Assembly: GCF_000981445.1 (NCBI RefSeq)
Contig: NC_027218.1
Location: 3,472,001 to 3,518,759 of the forward strand
Source of the DNA: Babesia bigemina
Lineage: Eukaryota
DNA: 46,759 nucleotides
Direction of reading: 5' to 3'
Below the pieces are notes generated by a model. That model saw only the letters and a program-made list of their open reading frames with translations. It had not been told where the DNA came from and searched no databases. Positions 1 to 9,300 of this stretch are shown here, one piece after another. Positions within the stretch are counted from its first letter, which is position 1; each line of letters opens with the position of its first letter. The position numbers and the translations under genes are program-made.

Positions 1-3000
1 ACATCGCAGAAATCTCTGCACGTGCGTTTTGTATGCGATTGTCCATCCCTGTTCAGCCTCTCTGGATCGCCGAGAACGAAGCCGTATTTTGCCAATGTCG
101 GCAGCGTTGAATTGCACTTTACAATGGATTTGCATTTGGGATCGTGATATCGTGGCGGTTTGTACGTAGTTGATGTAGTTGTACATTCCTTGATGCACGC
201 CTTTTCATGGCAATTCGACCCCTTGAAACCGCATTTGGAATTGCACTCATCGTACAACTTTTTAAGCAGATCGTAAAACGTCGCCGTCAGGTAAACGATC
301 CACGACAAATATTTATCGGCATGCTTCGATGAAAACATACCGTAGATGGATTTATTGATCGGACGCAAATATGGACCACATACGACGGCGTCATTCGACG
401 TGCATACGAGACTTCCCAGGCTACCAGCGGAATGCCCCGTCCACGCTTCTGAGTGACTAAAGGAAAATATGTAGTAAACCTTTAGCTCTTCATAATTAAC
501 GCCAAAGTTTGCATTGTTCACCGCAGTGTTGAATGCTGCTTCCCTATGCTCGCTATTACCCATGCTCCAGCGATTGGTGAAATTGTAGTAAAAGGCGAAC
601 ATATCGCCGAGAGTCTGCGGAGGCGTTTGTAACAGACAGTTGAAGTAACCACAAAGTTTCGTAAGTGGACTACCCTGTTTTCCACAAAATTCTGCAAGCA
701 CCTTCCTAAGATGTTCACCTATCTGAGTATGCGATGCCATAGTGCTTATATCTGTAAAGCCCATTGGCGTCTTACACGGTATGCCGCGATGGTTGGACAC
801 AGTGCATTCTAGTTTACAACCTGGTTTCTTAAATGAGTGTGGTAGAAAACCCGGCAAACCATCCTCTAAGTATGACTGTAACGGAGATTTTACACCGCAC
901 TTAGGGTGTAACTCACACGTTTGGTTGACCTTTTGGTTACACTTTTGGTCAGCGCATTGCTTTGAGTTGCACTTCCAATCTGACCCACCGATTGCATTGC
1001 CATACAAACAACCCCGCCACCCGGAACAGCTTTCGTCGTTGCAGCATTGGCAGCATACGAAGTAGAGCTGTTGGTAAAGACGATTCAAGATGTCTACCAG
1101 CATATCAATGCATTGGCCGTAGCGAGAGGGATACGAGAACCCTTGAGAATTGGTGTTGAAGTCCACCGCGTATATTCCGTCCGCGTGTCCATGACCAAGT
1201 ATAGATGTAAGTACGTCGTGAGCCTGATGGCATACTTCCGTCAGCATGCCTGATATTCCTCCAACTGTGATGTTCTCCGGGTGAGCAGGCAGAGTGTCGG
1301 CGTCGTCGGTTTCAAGCAAGATGTCGTCCCCCTCACTGTTAGCAGCGTTGTTCTCCTCCTTCTCAAACAGCTCACTGAATCCGTTAAATGACAACGGTTG
1401 GTAGACAGGATTGTATGGAAAACCGGACAACCATAGCAGCATTTGGTATACGCTCGACGGTTGCTTGGTGGCGAACATGGTACCGTAATGGCAGACTTCG
1501 TAGTAATGATGTAAGTGGGTGAACAGTTGAGCTAATATGCCCCCTTTTTCTTTGAAATACTCAAAGCACTCACCAACGGAATTTAGTTCACTGGGATCCT
1601 TGTTGAACGTCTTGTGACGCGTGAAGCCTCTGCTCAATCTGAAGGCAACTTCTTTACCGGTGTACGTTTTCTTTAGGCTCTCAATCCCGTAGCCATGGAT
1701 CGTCAGGTAATCCCTCAACATATTTGTATTTTGGTTCCCGGTGTCAGTGCCGGCAACGAAGTGCTCCTTCCACGTTTTACCGCCGTGGTAGAACAAATGA
1801 TGCAACTCATCGACGTAACTGGTCACGCAGGTCAAAAACACCTTCGCGCAATTATTTCCATTTGTCGTCAAAATCATATTCTGATCGGAGTCCTGCACTT
1901 TTTGAGCGCTTTGCTGCTTAGGGTCTTTTAACAACCAATCGGTGATTGCCGGCGAGCCATCGTACCTACTGACATACGCCCTCCCAAGTTCACCTACAAG
2001 CTTCCGAAGTCCACCTCTCATGGCATCAGGCAACTCCGGATGGTTATGACCAGCGAACGTGGATGGCTGCAGTGCGCTAAGTGTATTAGTAAAATCAGCG
2101 AGATTACGGGAGAATGTATGATCAAAGTGATTCGAGGAGGAGAGGTCGTCGAGCAGAAGGCCGAGCATGGCTTTCACGTCAGCGATTTTGGTGGACGCAA
2201 CTGTGTCTTTCTTCGTTTGCCCAGTCGAGGTTTGCACTTCACTTTCGACGTATTGGAGCAGCACATCTACGAACATTCTGACTTGGGGGGTAGCTGTTCG
2301 TAGTTCCGTTTGCGTTTGCAGAGTGTCGAGAAAAGTTTGATTGTCTTTCATTTTGCCCATCATTCCCTTCAATCCGCTTTCCAGATCCTCTTCAATAATC
2401 TTCTTAATCGCCGCATTCTCCCTCTCAACCAACTCCTGCAGCTTCTGGAGCGCGGCGGCCTTGGACTGGGCGAACTGGGAGAGGGCGGAGTTGCGGATGG
2501 CGGCGATTCTTAGTTTGACATGAGTTGCGAGACTATCGGTAATGGTGGAGATGCAAGTATTAATTTTTGTTCTCATTAATTCGTAGAACTTTCTGCACGC
2601 ATTTATAATACCGTAGACGGTAGTTGGCATTTCAGTAGTGTCGTCTTCATGACCAATTATATTTTCTAAATGTTTTTCGATATCCTTAAGACCGTTAGAA
2701 AAAACACCGGCGAGACCACGGTTGAGGCCCATTCCAAGATCTCTCAAAAGCGCTAAGACTCCTTTGTCAGCTTTATCATCCCCCATGAATGAATTTGACT
2801 TCTTCACCAAGGCGGTGATTTCCCTGAGCTCTTCAGCAATTTTGGTGAATGGCTCGTCAAAGGTCTGCTGCTTAATCTGTTCACCTACACTAGGACTAGG
2901 GGCGATTATATTCAAAGCCTTCTTGATTTCGTCTCCAATATCCTTGATCTTCTGCGGAAGAGCGCCTTCAAGTTTTCCAGCGTCACCGGTCAGTTTGGTT

Positions 3001-5270
3001 GAGTCTTGGTTGACGAAATTTTTGTAACCACCAAATTTATCTGCTCTATCGGGAAGTTGTACAGTTTTATCAGTTGTTGTCCCGATCTCCGCATCAAGCG
3101 TATTTGTCACCCACTCGATCGCAGTGTCGACGTCAGCGGCGGCGGTATTGCTGGCATCGCCATCGGAACCGGCTTGTGTCGCCGTTTGAAGCTGATGATG
3201 AAGTGTCTCAATCTGTGTATGAACCTCTTTCAAGGATGTGTCGATTTTGCTTCCGTAGCTAGTTCCACCAGATCTAAATTGGGCGTTTATGTTATCGGCG
3301 TTGACTATTGCAGTTTTCAAATTGATGATGTGGGACGCCGAAATAAAGCTCTTAAGTTCCGTATCTGCGTCCTTAGCCAGATGTGACACCGCATAGACAA
3401 TGGTTTTTACGGCGCAATTAAGATTATACGGCTGATATTTGTTTGGATATGTAGTCGACATAGTAAGTCGTAATTCGTCATTACTCATCATGGCGGTTTC
3501 AATCAACGAAACAATTTTATTTTCCTGCCCCTCTACTTTGGCAGAACACGTAGTAAGACATCTACTAATTGCCGTTAACATATGTTCAGGATCATCATAA
3601 TCAGTTATGCGAACCGTATCGACATATGATTTCATCTCTTCCGTAATAGTTTTTTTTACCAATGGAGTTATTTTCTTCAATAAGTCCTCCTGAGTCACTC
3701 CCCTAGCCGCATGTTGAATGCTGCTGGGGCCCTGAAAATTTTGTTTGTTATCACGAGCGTACCAAAGAAGATATCCTTTCTGCATTACATCGCTGTCTAC
3801 GACCGCTGTAACGGTTGCAACGATAGAACCCTCAAGCAGACTTTTGAACCCCGTGGCATAGTCCTTAATACCGTCGACAATCTGTTTCAGTCCGTCCTTA
3901 TTATGAAGCAAACCTTCACCCGGTACACCTTTTATTTTCGCAACGTAATCTTCAATCTTATCTTTCACTTCGCACCAGTTGTAGTATATGCTCTTATCAT
4001 TTGGTTTGTTCTCTCCTCTTTTTTTGGACTCGCCAACGTGACCCTTTATCTCATTAAGCTGACCATAGATATAGCCAAGCACCGTAGCAATTTTCTTTTT
4101 GCGCTCCGAATCGGATAAGCTATTTGTGATATCAACAACTTTATAAAGTTTCCCAATCGCCTCTTTAATCCCCGTCACCTTCTCCTGAACAGCATCCTTC
4201 ACCTTATACAAATCATTTTTTAGAGCATCGTCCATCTGTTTCACTTGTTCAAGCGCGTGTGGAACCAAATTTTGAACCTTTTCCTTTGCTAATGTGGCGG
4301 CGGCGAGAAGTGTCAGCGATTTATATTTCAACAATCTGGTTTTCTCTAAAATCTCTGCATCCCCTCCGCCTGTTTTTTTATCAACCCTCTGAAGTATCTC
4401 ATCGCACTTCTTTATAGCGGCTTCCACAACTTTCGCGACCTCCCGGATCCAACGCTCCAGATTTTCATTGATTGTCTCTAATTGATTTTTAACTTGCTCC
4501 ATCGGTGCAATAATGTTCATACCAAAATTTTCCTGCAATTCACCGATGCACTTTTTTTCTTCCCTCGTGGCAACTTGCTTGACAACACTTTCAAGTGCCC
4601 GAATCTCAGCATCTGTGTCTTTGGCCACCTTCTCAAGCCCCTTGTGATCGAGTTCAGCAGACCTTGCCAAATCTTTCACTGCTTGATCAATCACTTTTAC
4701 ATTCGGTTCAATTTGCGTTCTGAGGTTTTTGTCGATTTTTGAAAGTTTTTCTAGGGACTCCGCACTTTTCTGGGGAAGCTTCTTGACTTCCTCCATCCAA
4801 CTCTTCAAAACTTCATCAGAGTACGGTGATGCATTTTTACGTTTAATCGCATTTAACACCACGGAAATATCTTTATCAAGTATTTTCAATGGTCCAACAA
4901 CCATTCCATTTTTTTCCTTTACTTCCCCCTCATACCCCTCCAACCACTCCCTCACCGCGCCGACAGACGCCGCAAGCCCAGCACGCCCGGAGCCAATATT
5001 TTTATTTACCTCTTCTAGTACTTTTTCAAGTTTATTATTCACAGGCATGTATTCATTGTATTTTTTAACCGCTTCATCATCCTTCACCGCACCAAGCACC
5101 CTGTGCAAAAACGCCATCACCCCGTCACACAGCCTATCCAGGTCAGAGTAGACAATTCCCTGGCCGGTGTAGCCTTTGGAGTCTTTGTTGAAGCCGAGGA
5201 AAGTTTCGAGGCCGGTGCAGAGGTTATTAAGGATGATAGTAGGGTTGTTATTTGAGGTATTTTTAGGGTT
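1..5270 (-). CDS. ves1: ves1/VESA1-like variant surface antigen, copy 1 (3' end beyond left edge; first in-frame ATG at 5117, MAFLHRVLGAVK)
   Basis: Hand translation gives NNLCTGLETFLGFNKDSKGYTGQGIVYSDLDRLCDGVMAFL near 5100-5230 and KRTCRDFCD at the left edge, in the same frame. It is absent from the ORF track because no stop lies inside the window. The frame is bounded upstream by TAA at 5271-5273. Confidence 0.8.
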
Positions 5271-5319
5271 TTAAATTTTGTCAAATTTCTTGTCAAGCTC
5301 ACTAGGCGGCACATGGTCA

Positions 5320-5424
5320 GGGCAGTGGCAAGAGGTGGGAGAGGGGAAGTGAAGGGTGACAAGGCACAAGTTATTGTTATGGTTTATAGAGGTCATAGCG
5401 ATAATATGGCGAGGTAATTCGAGG
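5320..5424 (-). promoter_or_regulatory. Conserved ~100-bp pyrimidine-rich 5' leader between array A and each gene; also ~12237-12340, 19260-19364, 25875-25932 (short form), 31948-32048, 39922-39999, 45785-45888
   Basis: - strand consensus TCGAATTACCT..C...A.TA.CGCTATGACCTCTATAAACCAT...AATAACTTGTGCCTTGTCACCCTTCACTTCCC(C)TCTTCCACCTCTTGCCACTGCC. The conservation is seen directly; a regulatory role is inferred only from position. Confidence 0.5.
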
Positions 5425-5790
5425 GATGTAGAGTTGTAAAGGGAGCGATGTAGAGTGGGTTAAGGGGCGATGTAGAGTGGGTAAAGGAGCGATGTAGAGT
5501 GGGTTAAGGGGCGATGTGGAGTGGATAAAGCAGCGATGTAGAGTGGACAAAAGGGGCGATGTAGAGTGGGTTAGGGAGCGATGTAGAGTGGGTTAAGGAG
5601 CGATGTAGAGTGGGTTAAGGAGCGATGTGGAGTGGATAAGGGAGCGATGTAGAGTGGATAAAGGGGCGATGCAGAGTGGGTAAAGGGGCGATGTAGAGTG
5701 GATAAAGGGGCGATGTAGAGTGGGTTAGGGAGCGATGTAGAGTGGATAAAGGGGCGATGTAGAGTGGGTAAAGGGGCGATGTAGAGTGGA
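5425..5790. repeat. G-rich 22-bp (21-22) tandem array A, ~16 units
   Basis: Unit CGATGTAGAGTGG(ATAA/GTTA)(A/G)GG(G/A)G. Confidence 0.95.
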
Positions 5791-5811
5791 TGATAAATAC
5801 CACTCTGATCA

Positions 5812-5995
5812 CCATGTCATCGCTGCCGTGACCATGTCATCGCTGCCGTGTCCATGTCATCGCTGCCGTGACCATGTCATCGCTGCCGTGTCCATGTCAT
5901 CGCTGCCGTAACCATGTCATCGCTGCCGTGACCATGTCATCGCTGCTGTGTCCATGTCATCGCTGCCGTGACCATGTCATCGCTGCCGTGACCAT
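5812..5995. repeat. 20-bp tandem array B, ~9 units
   Basis: Unit CATGTCATCGCTGCCGTGAC. Confidence 0.95.
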
Positions 5996-5999
5996 CAAC

Positions 6000-6190
6000 T
6001 TGGTCAACACGTTGGTCAGCACGTTGGTCAGCACGTTGGTCATGGCATTGGTCACCACCTTGGTCAGCACTTTGGTCAGCACTTTGGTCAGCACTTTGGT
6101 CAGCACTTTGGTCAACACTTTGGTCAGCACTTTGGTCATGGCATTGGTCATCAACTTGGTCACCACTTTGGGCAGCATCTTGGTCAGCAC
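6000..6190. repeat. 12-bp tandem array C, ~16 units
   Basis: Unit TTGGTCAGCAC(T/G/A/C) with variants such as TTGGTCATGGCA. Confidence 0.95.
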
Positions 6191-6192
6191 AG

Positions 6193-6315
6193 TTGTTAAC
6201 TACTACACAATCACATACAACGATCAATGAGTTACACAAAACATTAGACAACAATTAGTTGTATAGGTGAGTAGGTGATGCTAGGTGAGTGTAGATAGTA
6301 AACACGTGAGTACGA
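6193..6315 (-). other. Conserved ~120-bp 3' flank (putative 3' UTR); also at ~13827-13947, 20039-20160, 26931-27053, 34733-34855, 41102-41225
   Basis: After each stop codon (- strand): TAATCGTACTCACGTGT...CACTCACCTAGCATCACCTACTCACCTA...GTATGTG.TTGTGTA.TAGTTAAC, in all six complete copies with minor variation. Confidence 0.8.
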
Positions 6316-9300
6316 TTATGGTTGCAGGTAAAACACCCTGTTAAGCTTGTTAACACGTGCAGCTGCAAGCAGTGATTGGGCGGCTATACGATGCGATGAG
6401 GGACTATGCAAATGCGATTTGATGTGGAGCAGGTCGAGGCGGATGACCATGATGTGCAGGAGGTACAAGAGAGAGAGGAGCCAGAGGGTTAGGACAAGGT
6501 AGGAGAAGGGTTCACGGATTCTCCACAGGAACATGTCACATTCGTCAAATAATTTTGAGAAGTAATTGGAACGCGTGACCTTGAACAATATTGTTTGGAA
6601 ATCAAAACATTTCATGGCGGATTTGCGAGCATCCAACGTCGGCGCGTCTTGGAATGCGAAACCATATCTGTACAATATTGGCATGACACCGCTACATTTG
6701 ACCATTGAGGTGCACTGACATGTATTATCGAGTACACCATGTTCGCCCTTTTTACATTTGCCATTCAAGCAGCTTCTGCAGCCCCAATCGTTGCAAAAGA
6801 TGTCTTTGAAAGCGGCAAGGAGACTTTCAAGATACTTATGGAAATTCCACGGGAGATATAAAATCCAGGAGAGATATGCGTTGGAATGCTTGTTCGCTAA
6901 ATACAGATATGAATCGGCACATAACGATTCGAGATATGGAGCGGAGTACTGGTTTTTATTGCACGTGCTTGACGATGTAAGATCCATCAGATGACTGTCT
7001 TCGCACTTGGGTAGAGCAGCTGTGCAATGACTGTAAGCGTTGCTAACTGCATCTGTGAGTTCGGATGCGTTCTTATACAGATCGATTGATACACCGCTGA
7101 TTGACTTGTCTATGGACTTCTTCAGAGTCTGGGTGTCGTACTTAGAATGGTTATTCCATCCAGTGACCAGCGACAAGGTGAAAGAGAAATGCTCGGGCAA
7201 TGTTGACGGCGCTTTGGGAGCTAGGCAAAGGAAGGAAGCGAGATAGGGGTTGCCGAAGAATTTGGCCAGCACGTTACACAGGTCTTTACCTGTCCTCATG
7301 CTACCTGAGAATCCCCTAAACCCGAGAGGCGTTAAGCAGGGCATCCCTGGCTTATTAGTTGGACAGGTTTTACATTCGTATCTACAGCCGATTGAAGTCA
7401 GCTTGTGAGGCAGGCAACCGACGTGACAGTCGGATAGGAAGGACATCAATGGCGACTTTGGTTGGCAACTTGGTTGGCTGTTTACTTGGCAATTTGGTTG
7501 GCACTTTGACTTGTCAGTTGGATGCTCCTTGCAAGGCCAGTTAGCCGGCAGCACGTCCCTACCGTAAGTGCACTGCAACCAACCGTTATGCGATGCGCTG
7601 ACGGAACATTGTGTCTGCAAAAATCTGAGTGGCGGAAACAGTCTGCGGAGGATGTCCAGAAGCATGTCCAGGCAATCTTCGCCGGAAGCGGGGTACTTGA
7701 ATTTAAATGAGTTATTGCACAGGTCACTGCCATAGATGGTGCCCGCGTCTCCAGTGCCAGCGATACTAACGAGAAGATCGTACGATGATGAACAGAGAAT
7801 CTCAAGCGCTTCAGTTATGCCATACCACGTGATTTTCCTTGGATTAGCATCTAGGTATGAGGATTCGTGGTCAAGCAGTGAGATACCATCGACGTCTGCA
7901 AGCGCTTTTTTGTTTGCGTTATCAAGCAAGTTACCGATACCATCCTGTAGCAACGCAGGACGTGCGACACTGTATGGAAGGCCACTCAGCCAAATCAACA
8001 TTTCATATACAGAGCATGGTTGCCTCCTCGCGAAGTGAGTTGAGTAGTGGCACACTTCATTATACCTGTCTATGTGATGTAGAAGGCAATCGAGAAGATC
8101 AGCGAAATTAAAGGGCGCCTGTTTTTTCGGCTCGCCTTCGTCAGTCAAATTCGATTCGCAAGCTGTAAGATGTGCTTTAACTTGGACGTTTGAAATTTCT
8201 TCGTTAAACTTCGCAAGCATATTTTGACCCGTTATACTTGTCCTGCATTGCGTTTCTCCGTCCTTCGAATCCTCTCTTTTGGCGACCAGGTATCCGCAAC
8301 GTTGTAGGAACAGACCAAGTGGGTTGTCCTCATTTTTCATGCTTATGCAAAGCACTTTATTTTCCCAGTTGTCTTCACATTTATTTATCAATCTGATTAT
8401 GTCTTCGTAAATGAAGTTGAAAATCGTCAGGAGTATTTTGGCGAGCTTAGTGCCATCCGGGGTTGACACAGTAATCCATCTGGCAGGCCCACTTAAGTCA
8501 ACTATTTGTCCGGTTTTCTTAACCAAATTATCGAAGTCAATACGATCAGGATGACCATCATACACCCTCACGTACGCCTTTTCCAACTCCTTCACGAAAT
8601 CGCGCAACCCTGGGACGAGACTCAAGGACACTTTCTGGGCGGTGTTGGCATACGTCTGCTGGGCGAAGTCGTCAATCTCGCTTTTTACCTTCGCCAGATT
8701 TTTGGTAAAAGTGTGGTCGTAGCGGGTGAGGGAGGTGAGCAGGGTGTCGAGAGCGTTGGAAATTGCGTTGACACGCATAGTTGTGGGAAATAGATCGAGT
8801 TGTTTCTGCAGATCGTCGAAGATATTCTTGAAGCTGTTTTTAACAATTGGCGAAAAGTCGAGGAGCTTCTTTTCGGCTGACCGGGGAGGAGAGAGAGTTT
8901 CAGTGAAAGAACTAAGCGGTGGCATGAATTTGCTGCGCAATTTTGATAGATAGCCTTTGAGGCCTAGTTGTTTGTCAAACTTGATGATTTCTTCAATTTT
9001 ATCAAACCGTTTGTTCACGATTTTTTGAAGGTCGGTAACCTGTTTTCTCTTCCTTGCGGTGTAAAGCATTTTAGCTTTTTCTTGCAATTCTTTGAACGCC
9101 TGTCTAATTCGTATGTCGACAGCATGACGCAGCTTATTGAACGATTTTTCAGTTTCATCATGGGTTACCCTTAGCATCTCATCCGTATATTTCATACATT
9201 CTTCCAACTCTTTCCCAACGGCTGAGACATTGGCCCTTACCAGAGTTACCTGCTCACCAAGCTTGCCTATATCTTTTTGCAATGTAGCCAATGCTTCGTA

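Noticed and set aside
5425..6190. CRISPR-like array
   Set aside because: Units are directly tandem with no unique spacers, there are no cas genes, and the context is eukaryotic
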